Under the pieces are notes generated by a model that saw only the letters and a list, made by a program, of their open reading frames with translations, did not search any database and was not told the DNA's origin. Both the position numbers and the translations under genes were made by a program. DNA of 64,000 nt, taken from Mytilus edulis (taxonomy: Eukaryota). Location of the stretch: the NCBI RefSeq assembly GCF_963676685.1, contig NC_092350.1, positions 27,528,001 to 27,592,000 of the forward strand. Reading direction: 5' to 3'. This document shows positions 36,805 through 49,299 of this stretch, one piece after another (the first letter of the stretch is position 1; each line of letters begins with the position of its first letter).

Positions 36805-36983
36805 AATAGTTATCAAAGGTACCAGGATTATAATTTAGTACTTCAGACGCACGTTTCGTCTACATAAGACTCATCAGTGACGCTCATATCAAAATATTTA
36901 TAAAGCCAAACAAATACAAAGTTGAAGAACATTAAGGATCCCAAATTCAAAAAAAGTTCTGCCAATTATGGGTAAGTTAATCA
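36805..36983 (-). mobile_element. Retrozyme / PLE pLTR-like unit carrying the hammerhead
   Basis: Homologous to 13985-14153 and 11300-11532 (caatgctcttcaactttgta...ggcttt...HHR...ggtacctttgataactat). Confidence 0.8.
36841..36885 (-). ncRNA. Minimal type I hammerhead ribozyme, intact catalytic core
   Basis: Minus strand: gagcguca CUGAUGA GUCU-uaugu-AGAC GAAAC gugc GUC^ugaag. All core nucleotides present, 4-bp stem II, 2-bp stem III with near-palindromic loop, stem I with one mismatch. Confidence 0.85.
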
Positions 36984-37149
36984 ACTCGGTTCTTTCTAGT
37001 GCAAGTGACATATTTAGAACACAACCACATTATGTTAATAAAAACACAGTAGACATGTGTTATAAATGAAACCATGTCAGCCTCATGGAACATAATGGCA
37101 TGTTTCAACGTTAAAACCAAGATATCTTAGGCAGAGGTCAGACTTTGGG

Positions 37150-37430
37150 ATATCTTGGTCCATGGTGATGACGTCTAATATTATCTTTTGGCTTGGAACT
37201 TCAAAATTAAATCCGGCGTCTTTTGGATCTGCCATTCTGCGCTCACACAAGTTTTCTGGAATGTGTCCAATACTGTTTGGTCCACCCATGAATTATACAA
37301 ATTTACCGTGAAAAAGTCTGTAGCCAGTTTCCCCCTTGTTTCCCGATACCACATTTCCGATGTTATTCTTTTTGACATAAATCCAACCATCTCCAGATAA
37401 AAAAGAAGAGAAATATTGTCTAAAGGAAAT
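37150..37430 (-). pseudogene. Frameshifted coding remnant of an unknown, probably transposon-borne protein (second copy at 36012-36300 +)
   Basis: Both arms give related peptides across frameshifts: FPLDNIS..., GYRLF(H/Q)G, GGP(N/K)SIGH..ENLCER.MAD..DAG.NF.V.SQKI. Confidence 0.5.
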
Positions 37431-38225
37431 TTATTGTCTTAACTCATAAATCAGAAAATAAACTGACAACGCCATGGCTAAAAATGAAAAAGACAAACAG
37501 ACAAATAACAGCACACAAAAAACAACATAGAACACTAAAGACTGAGCAACACGTACCCCACCAAAAACTAGAGGTGATCTTAGGTGCTCCGGAAGGGTAG
37601 GCAGATTCTGCTTCACTTGTTGCACCCGTCGTGTTGCTCATGTTATTACCAACCCGGTAATAGACTTATTCGGTTGGTCACATTCATGAAAAGGGAAGGG
37701 GATTGTATTTACGAGAAACATAACAGTTATCATCTGTGAAACGGTTTTTCCATAACGGTCAACAAACTCGTGATGGCGTCCGTAAAATTTACGAAGGGAT
37801 GCTTTCAACTTCACCATTTGGAACTCTTGGTTTAATAGCTTCCTTGTAAACACCAACCCTCTATCTAGGAAATCATGATAGGAAATACAAGCGCGGGAAT
37901 ATCGTATCAATTGGGAGATATATACTCCGTATGCAGGCACTGCTGAAATTTTGCTACATCGAAAGTTCACAATTAGAAAGCTGAAATCATCTCGTATGTC
38001 GTAAAGTTTTCTTTTCAACCGACCCTCATTGTCAATTTCTAGGTGTTAGTCAGGATATGAGGCCTAATAATAAAGAAGAAACAAGTCGGCAAGAAAAGGG
38101 GTACAATCGGTTTCCATTGGAATGGCGACAGTCTGTTGAAAAACACGTCCTTCTAAAGTAACAAATATGTTGTCAATCAAGAAATCCATCATCTTGATAA
38201 TGTCAGTTTCAGAGATTTTTGTTGT
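37431..38225 (-). mobile_element. Penelope-like RT fragment (family B) with internal deletion and 3' region
   Basis: Minus-strand translation DFLIDNIFV...VFQQTVAIPMETDCTPFLADLFL, then jumps to HLEIDNEGRLKRKLYDIRDDFSF...AYGVYISQLIRYSRAC...LRKFYGRHH; the YxDD segment is missing. Confidence 0.85.
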
Positions 38226-41200
38226 TGTCATTTGATGATAAAGATGCCAGTGAGTGTTTCATTGGAGAGAGTAATTGAATTCATTTCGGAGTGAGTGCTT
38301 TTGCGGCGTGCTCGAGTTCTTTTTAGAGGATTCCCAGTGATGAACTTTGATGGAGTTTGACTGTTCGTGGCTTCTGGCAAATCTTATATGGAGGTCTGCT
38401 CTGTGATTTTCCTCCATGTTTCGGTACATTGAGCCACAGCCGTGACTTTTTTCTGACCATGATAGTGACTGAAAAGGAAAAGAAGTCATTTTCCAGCTTT
38501 AAAACAAAATATTTTGAGTCATTTTTTACATTTTATTAAATCAAAAGCACATGTCTTATAAAACTAAAAAAACAGGCAAATAAGAGTATCTTCAGTTTGT
38601 AATATGTAATCATAATATAGTAGATGTGTTTGAATAAAAAAGTATCAGATAAAGACCAGTTTATATGGAAATATATTCTATTTTTTTTTATTAAAAGCCT
38701 CGCCCCCTTGAGATGCAAAATCTGAAACCCCGAACGACACTTTATATTTTGATGAAAAAACTAGTTTTACAGCCAATAAATTTTAAGTAAGAAGCTGTTA
38801 TTTGGATTTTTTCCATGATATAATTTTTATTTTATATAACTGATACGGGGGAAGTCGTTTAAAGTAGTTTTTATCCAGAAATTTGCATATGAAGCCTCAA
38901 AATCTGCAACACGGAAAACTATGGAGAGGTGTTTGAGAAAACAGAGCACTGAAATCGGCTGCTTCTGCTTGAAGGAAATATATTGTGTTTCAGTTCCTTC
39001 CGTGCAATACATGTAATGGTACTAAGAATTCTAAAAAAAAGAAATTTTGATACTTGAACTTACTTTGATAGTTTTTCTTCGCTTCGGAATTGCCACCCCG
39101 TGTCAAACATAGCCGACAACCCACATGTGGCGTTCTACACGGTGAATTTGGACGGTACAGATTATACAGTATATCAACCACATCCTTTTCTATTACATTT
39201 TTTAGTTATCTGACACTTACAAAATGCGGACACTACAGTACATTTTGATAATTGTAATTTACTCCATCTGTAATAACTGGGTTATTAGGTAGCTGCTTAC
39301 AATAGAATTTGGTAATTGTAAAATTAATATTATATGGTCATTGGAAAATTGCTAAAGATCAGGAATAAAACAATACACGTATCGTACATTTTGCAATCTA
39401 TCTCAGTTAAAAATAGACTAGTATGTCAAAATTAAACGTTTAATTGTCAATAAGTATACTTTGGGATAAGAACACTTGACACTTTTAATTTGCAAAACAC
39501 TCATTTGCAAATCCGCCACCGCCTCAATTAAGAGCTACAATGTCAGGTATATAACCAAAATGTGCGGAATTACATGAGATTCAATAATTTCATTTTTTTT
39601 CTACTGTTACTATTATATTTATTTTGCTATTTGATTTATAAAAACATGGGATTTTTAATATCCCATGGAACAAATAAAAATCCTTTGGGATTCAAATTAT
39701 AAATATATAGATATAAAGTAATGTGTATGTTACAATGTATTCTATTTGGTAGTAAATTGTTATAAGATGAATCTTTTTAATTGAATATCTTTTTTCTTTG
39801 GAAATGTTTATTCAACATATTGTTCTATAACTGTTCAAAACTAAACTTTTAAATAACAAAGCAGATGATTTAAGTATCAATATATGTTTATTTATGAATT
39901 ATAGAATACTTTCTTGAAACATAATTATTTACCATTTGAAATCAATGAAAAACTCTATTATTAGGCTTAACATACTAATAGCTATTTAAGTAAATATATT
40001 TTTTTTCAAAATATCCCTCCACCCAAAACATTTATTTTAAAAGTTTTTTTCATCATCCAGCATTGTGTAATCGTATAGTCCACTTTTTGGTCATTCAGCA
40101 CAGAACATTGACATTATTGTGGTTTCAATATCTTTTGGTATTTAAAAGAACTTCAAATCATTGAGTGAGTGATGAAAATAATAACTGATCCAACTTTTGT
40201 CTTTGAATTTGTTCTGGTCTTGTTTCTAAGTTTTCTCCATTTATTATAGGTGATGAATTTCCATCCTTCTGAAAAAGAACCAATAAAATCTGAAGTTATG
40301 TATTATACAAAATTGTTTGCATACATGTAGCAATAATATGATTTTCAATAAAAATAGCTATGCGGTATGGATTTTACTGATTGTTAAAGGTTGTCCAGTG
40401 TCATCAGTTTCTAACCTCCTACATCCTTTGGTCTCTGATGGAGAGTTGTCAAATTAGCAATATACCACATCTTCCTATTCTAATACTATATAACAATCAA
40501 TTAATTTATTCTTCTTTATAACATTTGGGTATTTTCCCAAGTCATATATATATAATATACATATAAATATATATATAAAGATCAATGTTAAAACTTAAGG
40601 CAACAATAATAACATTCCATCATCACAAGAATTTGCAATATATTATACAAAACGCAAACAACAGAAACAATATTTCCTTAAGCTTTTTAAGTTCTGACAG
40701 AGTTCAACTTGTGTTTTATTTCAATGAAAAAATACCTTGAACTCTTTCAGTCAGGGTACTACTTGTACAAGTTATTTTTATTTACTTGAAGAAGTAAATA
40801 CAAATATACACATTTATAAGTAAATAAATAATGTTTGAATAATCTCCCCTTAATTTTCTCAAAAAGTTACTTGTATAAGTAAATTTTTCTTAAAATCCCA
40901 CAAAAGTCCTCAAGTTTTGAGATGTAAATTCATGCCTTTAATGATTTTTCCCAGGTTTGCCCAATTTTTTTTTTATAAAAGTTGAATGTTTCACCTCATT
41001 AATTCAACAAAGAAACTGATTGCACAAATATCTTAAGTATTTGCGCAAGGCCTTCAAAAATTGCTCCTTGGGGGCTTGAAAATGTAAAGTACATATAGAA
41101 AGCTATTAGGTGCGCAGAAAATAAAATAGCATCATGAGAAGCATTCAGTATTGTAGTACTTTGTTTGCAAACTTAATTTGTAACTGATATGTGCAAGTGA

Positions 41201-43157
41201 TGTAGGGTGCTAATTTTTTATATAACTAAAGTCTAATCAACAAAACAGCTAACACAATGGTTTGTACAGTTATCAGTCAATGTCAGTCATATAGTTACTT
41301 GCCAATCCGTAGTACTTACGGTTATTTCCTTTTTTGTAGAAGAGTTCGTGTTGTTCGATCTTGAATTTTAGCTGCTGTGTTTTTTAGACAGTTGATTTTT
41401 TGCTGTTGGCTATGTTATTCCCTGGCTTACTCGACTGAGGGGTTGTTTCAACTAGAGTTTACTGAATTAATTAATGAAGAACTAAAGATGAAAAAAAATG
41501 AGAAAAATTACAACCATGCTGAGTGAACTGTTTCAACTACAAGAGAGTAATTGCTCATTGATGACGATTCGTATACCTTTTTTGTGGTTTGGACAAACAT
41601 GCAAGTCAGTAAAGAACGTAGAGAATCAGAGAAACTGTACACAGATAAAATGATCACCAATGTTTTGTTTAATCGGTTGTAAAACCTGTTTGTAGCTTAC
41701 GTTTGTAATTGTATTGCATATGAAGACTTTACAATGTTTATTTCTTGTGTATAATTTTTGTAACTTCCATTTAAAACTGCAGTTTTGAGCTTCTTTTGTT
41801 TTTGAAATTACGACCATTGGACTTTTTTGGATAATTGAAAATTTGCGTTCTTTGAAATAGCTTACATAATTTTTTCGCCCTCAATGTTGAAATATTTAAC
41901 ACTGAACACAAGAAACAACTGCAAGTTACTCAATACAGTCCACCGTGATATGGAATTATGTATGCTATTTATTATATATTGAGATATTTGGTACATCTGA
42001 ATAAACAATCCGTCAGTACAGAGTTAACGTCCTGAATGTGCATGAAATAATTTCCACTGAACGATAAACAAACTAGAAACTATCAATCTCATTATGATGT
42101 GGTAGTATGTTAATTTGGATACTTTTGATTTGATGTATCGTACTTTGATTTTAATTCCAAGTACCTATTGAGTAGATATAGCCATGCATCAGTGATTATG
42201 TTAATTGTTAGACTACTTCATGCCTCAATGAGTTTTGATATAAGCGCTAATGTGTTATGAGTGCCAATAAGACAACTCTCCATCCAAGTCACTATTTGTA
42301 AAATTAAACCATTATAGGTAAACGTGCGGTTTTCAACATGGAGCCTTGGCTCACACCGAACAAAAAGCCATAAAGGGCCCCACAAATGACTAGTTTAAAA
42401 CCATTCAAACGGGAAAACCAACGGTCTTATCTATATAAAAAACGAGAAACTAGAAACACTTATGAATATAAACCACATCAACAAATGACAACTTCCTAAC
42501 ATCCGTTTTCTGACTTAGGACAGGTGCAAACAAACGCAGCGCGTTTATACGCTGTAATTGGTACCAATCTTCACCCTTATTTAAAACAAAAGCGTAACAT
42601 CACAACATAGAAAGTTTAGAATAGAACCACATGTTTTTAAGCAAGAAATGTTTGAACTGTGTATTTCTTGATTTTGGCATCTTACATTGTACATGAATAG
42701 AGTAATCTTTCTTTGAACTGTTTTTTTGTGTTTTTAGTGCAGGAATTCATAGATATACAAAAAATATTCACCTTGAGGTTTAATGTTTATTATTCCAAAC
42801 AATATACTTTTAATTATATAAATATTTTCCAAATTATTCCTATTTGTTAATCTTCATTTATGTTTCCATGTTTTTCAGGAATTGACTGATAACAACTGAA
42901 TCTAATAAAGCATCTTAAGTATTAAAAGCAAAGTAAGGAAATATGAAGATTTATAATCCAATGCATGACATAAAAAGAATCAGTAATGAACTTTAAAATT
43001 GGTACAAAGAAGAGGTATTACATCAGAGAAAACATTAAAGCAAAGTTTACAGATAGAAAACGTGATTGGGTGATTTAAACGATTGTCATAATTTTATTAA
43101 TAAAAGTCTGAATCATAAAATATGAAAATGCACATAGATTCCAGGCGAGCAACTTAA

Positions 43158-43365
43158 ACATGTGGAGCAGGATCTGCTTACCCTTCCGGAGCACCTCAGA
43201 GATCACCCCTAGTTTTTGGTGGGGTTCGTGTTGTTTATTCTTTAGTTTTCTATGTTGTGTCATGTGTACTATTGTTTTTTTCTGTTTGTCCTATTCATTT
43301 TTAGCCATTGTCAGTTTATTTTCGATTTATGAGTTTGACTGTCTGGTATATTTCGTCCCTCTTTT
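43158..43365 (+). mobile_element. PLE family B 3' tail only (other tail remnants at 20670-20887 -, 44500-44700 -, 51370-51550 -, 62380-62585 +)
   Basis: acatgtggagcaggatctgcttacccttccggagcacc...ttcgtccctctttt matches 12984-13197. Confidence 0.78.
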
Positions 43366-45591
43366 AAGCTCATCCCCTCTGTGTATGAATATAGATGACG
43401 CAATCATACCACATATCTATGTTTTTCGATTAGTCTGAAAAGCTCTAGATATTAAGTAGACGATTAAGCGGGTTTTGTGGATAGTCATTTGACGAATAAT
43501 TCAATTTTGATTTTAAAGTTGTTTTCCTTATGAAATCAATTCAAAATTTATGAAGTTATTAGTTTTTATGAGCATGTGCCTTCATTATCTTTAAAAACAT
43601 ATCTATTTAAGTTTGTTTTAAAATTCTACCAATATATATACATTCGTCCTGTGTGCATATTCGAAGCCTATACAGAGTCCTGAGTGCATTTTTTTATAGT
43701 CAGAAGGTCATCTAGAACAGTGCTGAGACGTTCCTTTTTTCATATTGTAAGAGCTGCAAATAAATCAACTTGCAAAAATTAGAAATAATTATGATAAATT
43801 TGTCAAAGCCAAGGAAAAAAAAACATTAACAGAAAAAGAGAAATCACAAGGAAAGTTCAAAAAGATAGTCACTAATCAAATGGCAAAATCAAAAGCTCAA
43901 ACGGATGGATAACAACTGTCATATTCCTGACTTGGGTACAGACATTTTCTTATGTAGTACATAGTGGATTAAACCTTGTTTTATAGCTAACTAATAAAAC
44001 CGCGCATAACAGTCGCGTAAAATTCCATTATATTGACAACGATATATATATTTGAACAAAACAGACATAATAGGTATTAATGACATAAATAGGGGTAAAG
44101 CTGTCAAAATTTTGTTATTATTTTATATCACTATAAAACAAAACAAATTTATATACAAACATTTACCATGTCCATATAACACAATACGTGTTGTTTAAGT
44201 ACAGAGCCACGCTATATGTAACAACGAAAAAAAAAAAAAAAACCAAACCCCATATATACATGTGATATTCCCGTATTATGCATATGGGAAGCTGTACATG
44301 CATCTTTGACCTTGTGAGTACTCTCGTGTGTTAACATTTCTTGCTATATAAGTGAAATATAACAAAAAAAATACATATTTTAACAAAGACTAATAGGGGA
44401 AAATCAATGGTGGTATTACATCTATAGACATTTTTAGCAAACATGAAAGACAAGAATACAACCATTATCATAGAATAATAACAAAATGACGGGATATATA
44501 AGTACAAAAGAAGGACTCAAGATACAAACGGGATAATCAAACTTATACGTCGAAAACGTACCGACAAAGCCATGTCAAAAAACAAAAATCGACCAAAAGA
44601 CAAACAACAGTATAAAAAACACATTGAATAAATCCAAAAGACTGATTCAACACGACCCCATAAAAAACGTGGTGATCTCATGTGCTCCATAAGAATAAGC
44701 GGATTGATAAATTATATCAAAACGATAAGGCATCACACAGCAGCGTAATGGTATTTAACATATAACAAAAGATGAAAATCATTAGGCAATCTTCCAAAAT
44801 TTGTCCTGCCTATCCCTGCAAATGAAATTTGTATTCACATGTCCTAAGAAAGGAGCCTGTTGGTCAGTAAGTGTCGTTTGTTGGTATGGTTACACAGACT
44901 AGACTGTTGGTTTTCCTGTTTGATTTTTTTTTCGATAGTTATTTTGGGGCCCTTGATATCTTGCTGTTCTATGCGAGCCAAGGCTCCGTGTTAATGGCCG
45001 TCATTTGACCTATACTAACTTTCTTTTTACAAAATGTGACCTGGATGGAGAGTTGTCCCATTTGCATTTATACCACATCTTCCTATTTATAACTATAAAT
45101 TTGTATATAATTATTCAATATTGCTGTTAAAAATGACATCAACGAGAGTCGTAGTAACCATCCTTTACGTAATGTTTGACTTGTAATACTTCATTTTATT
45201 GACTTTCCCAATATGATGGAGATACATTAGATCCGTTATCATTCCTATCTTATTTCATAGTTGTTCACATGTCTATCAATACACATTTATATGGAATTCC
45301 TGTCACGATTATAATCAGTAGTTCACCCTTTGGCAATGACTTCATGCAAGACAATTTAACTATATTAAAAATCCATTAAATATTTGCACTTTACCATCAT
45401 AGTCTTCTTTAGAAGACCCCAAGTACTATTTCATATATATTTTTTAATATAATTTAATTTTAGATGTAACTCTTCTTCTGAATGGCTGACAATGTTTTTG
45501 TCTATCAGCTTATTGACATAAATTAGTCATGTGACCATGACGTCAGCAACGTTTTCTTAATGATTTACTCCGGTTCAAAAGAATTAGATTA

Positions 45592-45740
45592 TAAGGAATT
45601 ACTGTAATACTTTTTCTGTCTATTCGAAATAAAAAAATGTGGTGCACACTTTACAATACCCCGCAACGCTGGTTCTCCAGTGTGCACCACATTTTTTAAG
45701 TTATTTCGAATGGACAGATAAATAATACAGTCATTCCTTA
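45592..45740. repeat. Imperfect inverted repeat, ~60-bp arms
   Basis: taaggaattactgta...ttcgaaataaaaaaatgtggtgcacact / agtgtgcaccacatttttt...tatttcgaa...tacagtcattcctta. Confidence 0.85.
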
Positions 45741-45957
45741 AATCTATAAATTATCATTTTCAAACGTTTATTTTGAAAATCTTTTATTTCTCTTCGGTTG
45801 TCTTTAATACTTTTAATATATCAGATATGAAATTATAGAAATAAGCAAAAAGCGGAAATTAATATATGAATCTGTATGTTGCAGTTAGACTGAACACGCA
45901 AATAATGTCAGTTTTGTTATTTTAAACTCACATTGATATATTCTACAAGGATAAAAC

Positions 45958-46560
45958 GTAAAATTACAAAATACTGAACTCTGAGGAAAATTCAAAACGC
46001 AAAGTCAATAATCAAATTCAAAATCAAAAGCGTAAATACATCAAACGAATGGAAAGAAACTGTCACATTCCTGACTTGGTACAGGTATTTTCATATGTAA
46101 CTTAAAGCTGGTTTTATAGCTAACTAAACCCTTTACTTGTATGACAGTCGCATACAGTTCTAAAATATTGACAACAAAATGGGAACAAAACACAAAGACA
46201 TTATAGGTACAAATGTAAAAATAGGGATACAGCAGTCAGCATTGTGTAATCTAAATTACTATGAAAACAAACAAATATATAAACAAAAGAAAAACGAAAA
46301 GGCATATGCCCACCACTGAAAACGAAAGATAAGAACACAACAGTTTACCATAGCACAATAACACAATTACGGTATGAATAAGTATCAAGCCACGTCAAAT
46401 GGGCATCATCAACAATAGACTAAACAGTTCAACTAATAATTTTCAAAGACAAACAAAACAAGAACAATTCAACACGTGTTTGATATGATAAACAACGTCA
46501 GTACCTAGAAGCTATACTTCAATACCATCGTGTATTATTTGTGAAGTTGATGCGGCATAT
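45958..46560 (-). repeat. Dispersed non-coding repeat family E (also 18268-18820, 43835-44200, 60400-60780; opposite strand at 5225-5550, 12460-12596)
   Basis: Shared aaaatactgaactccgaggaaaattc...aatcaaatggcaaaatcaaaagc...catattcctgacttggtacagg. Confidence 0.85.
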
Positions 46561-46582
46561 TTATCAACAAGTCCGTATATGT

Positions 46583-46875
46583 AAAGAGAAACAAGCGTAA
46601 CGTAATACATTTGTAAATAATATTTAAAAAAAAATGATGGAACAATGGATGCATGTTACTGCTGAGAAATGGAAAGTCGACACTTGAAAAGTTGAAATCA
46701 TCACAGTTTTGGTCATGGAACACACTCCTGGCAATGAAGTCTGTATTTGTATATAGTAAAGAGAAACAAGAGTAATGTAATAATCAATATTTTGAAAATA
46801 AAATGAAAGAACAATGGATAGATATTCTACTGCTGAGAAATGGAAAGATGACAATTGAAAAGTTAAAATCATCAA
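46583..46875 (-). mobile_element. Two tandem ~175-bp-period copies containing a degenerate PLE RT remnant
   Basis: aaagagaaacaag...actgctgagaaatggaaag...aaatcatc occurs at 46583-46702 and 46758-46873; minus translation DDFNFSSVDFPFLSSN. Confidence 0.6.
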
Positions 46876-48874
46876 ATATGGCATAGATTCTACTTTGAAG
46901 TCATCAGCATGTGTCAGTATCGAGGAGGAGATCCAGATATAACGCAGATTTTTCTAATTTCGAAAAAACCCTTTATCTCAAGTTCATCCGGATATTAGGT
47001 ATGTAAGGACTTGCTGAAATGAAGGTTATTGAGAGAGAGAATATCATCAATATATCAGAAAGTGATACGTAAGAACTATTTTAGATCCTATATCTGTTTT
47101 ATGTTTGAGAAAGGTCCAAATAAAATATGCTTCATGAGAGTATAAAAAACCAAGTATGCTAGTAATGGTGCACTACAAGTACATATTGGAAAACAGTAGT
47201 TCTGCTAAAATAAAAATCCAACAAACTCAAAAACTATATATGTTTTCGATCAAAACTTTCAGCATTTTGATAATATAAACAACGGCTTATTTTGTAATTT
47301 TTCAGATTGATTCTTGACTTGACACATTTTGTTCATGACTTGAAAAACGTAGTCTGTATCTACATGTTCACGTATTGTAGCAAAAACTCTGTTTGAAGCT
47401 CGGTGTAGTATCTTATTAAAAATTGGGATAAATAGTGTTAAGCGTAGAAAAATCGTAGGTTGATATTACTGTAGGATAAAGCTTGTTCTTCCAAAATTTT
47501 AGATTAAATATGAAGGATTTTTAAGAATCCACATCTGAATGACAACGCTGGATGAATATAACTCATATCAATATATCAGGAGACCATATTTGCCTTTGAA
47601 AGAATGCATGGTGGTAAGGACTTAAGACAGATGTTGAATCGAAAAACCCGGGCAAGTCTGTAACTGTTTGACAAAAGGGACTAACCGGTTATATATCTGT
47701 CTTTTCAAGGATGTTTGCGATGTAAGGTATCCGGTATAATGATTGGGTTAAACAATCACCATATATACAACGACCAGAATTGCTAATAAAAACCTTTGTA
47801 GTAAATCCAGTATTAGTATTAGTTTAAGTTGAATATAACCATGGATAAACAGTCTATGTGACTGGTATTTGCTGTATCGTAAAGGTCTCTGTAGTGGAAA
47901 CATATATGTCATACATTTCTTGCTACTAATGAAAAACAAAAATCATTCTAATGGTTTATCATTAAGTTTTGTGTTTAAGTTCTTTTTTTGACTTTTCTAT
48001 GTGTAGAAGACCGGATATATAAATAATCGTATTATTTCAGTAGTTAGGAGAGAGGGAAAGAGGATAATTATTCAATTAAAATGTTCACACCGTCGTAATA
48101 TATATCGAAAGGTAAAGTATAAACGACGTTTTATGGTTTACTTTTGTGCTTCACAACAGTATGGATTTTTTTTTTGAAGAATGAAGCCTTTCAGAATGTC
48201 TGCTAGAATTATTTAATTAAGACATGGACTGCGTCGGATACAAATCGACATTATGTAAAAACACACAAACACATGTATATGTATGAGATTTTGGTTGATT
48301 TTGGAACATTCCAATACGATATGGAGGATAAACAGTGGTCTGTTTTGTAAGGTTCATATGAGAACCTAATTGTCAAACAGTAATAGACTTTACCTATGGA
48401 ATTTATTTAACATGAACTAAGATACCAAATGTATTGATATTCATTTAGATAATATAATAATTTTAACTGATGTCGTGAGATCCGAGCATATAATGATAAT
48501 ACAAGAACGATATATGAAACTCATCAGGGTTTATTCAGGTGAACCAGCAATAAATACAGAAAATACAGTTATACTATAAACAATCAATGCCATCAATAAT
48601 GTCAACATACAATCAATACATGAGGTTATCGGAAGAGTGTTAGAATCTGCATTATGCGTAATACGTCACGGATTAATAATAAGGTACATATACAACATGG
48701 ACTGGTTCAGTTCTATATATTAGTGTTCAGTACCACAATCACATGATGATGTTAAATATTACCGTTTAAGAATAAAATTCAAACCGTCTTTTATTTGCTG
48801 TCTCGGTTTTATTTTCTTACCTGATTTATTAGATTTGAACATCTACTGTTGCTTGAATTCATACTAAAGTATAC

Positions 48875-49292
48875 TGTTTTACCTCTGTCTGTCCGTCCGT
48901 CCAATGAATATTTGTCGTCGCATCTTTCTCGAGAACTACATGACAAGGATTTCTGAAATTGTGTTTCAGGGTTTATATAAGTCAGCTATACTCTGTGATG
49001 CTTTTTGAAATTCATTACTCGACAACTTCCTGTTTACCGAACACTTGTATCATTTTACACATGATAGCCAACTTGAAAATTTTCGTCACATTTTTTATTA
49101 GGAACTACAATACAAGGTTTTCGGAAATTTGGTTTCAGGGTTTATATTTGTCAGGTATACCGTGTGATGCGTTTTCAGATTCATCACTCAACAACTTCAT
49201 GTTTACCAAACACTTACATATTTTGACACTTTTAGAATTATCCACTTGCGGCGGTGGTATCATCAGTTACCAATGGCTCGCAGTTTCATTTG
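48875..49292 (+). mobile_element. HINE/pearl-type (Helentron-associated) non-autonomous element
   Basis: (GTCY)n microsatellite at 48886-48902, two ~170-bp internal repeats (acaaggatttctgaaatt...ttcagggtttatat), then a short GC-rich 3' segment. Confidence 0.65.
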
Positions 49293-49299
49293 TTTTGCA

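Larger units (their letters stand above)
35058..38995. repeat. Large inverted duplication (arms 35058-36317 and 37141-38995; right arm interrupted by a PLE)
   Basis: 35058-35672 is the near-identical reverse complement of 38375-38995; 35721-35880 matches 38221-38372; 36012-36317 matches 37141-37431. Confidence 0.92.
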
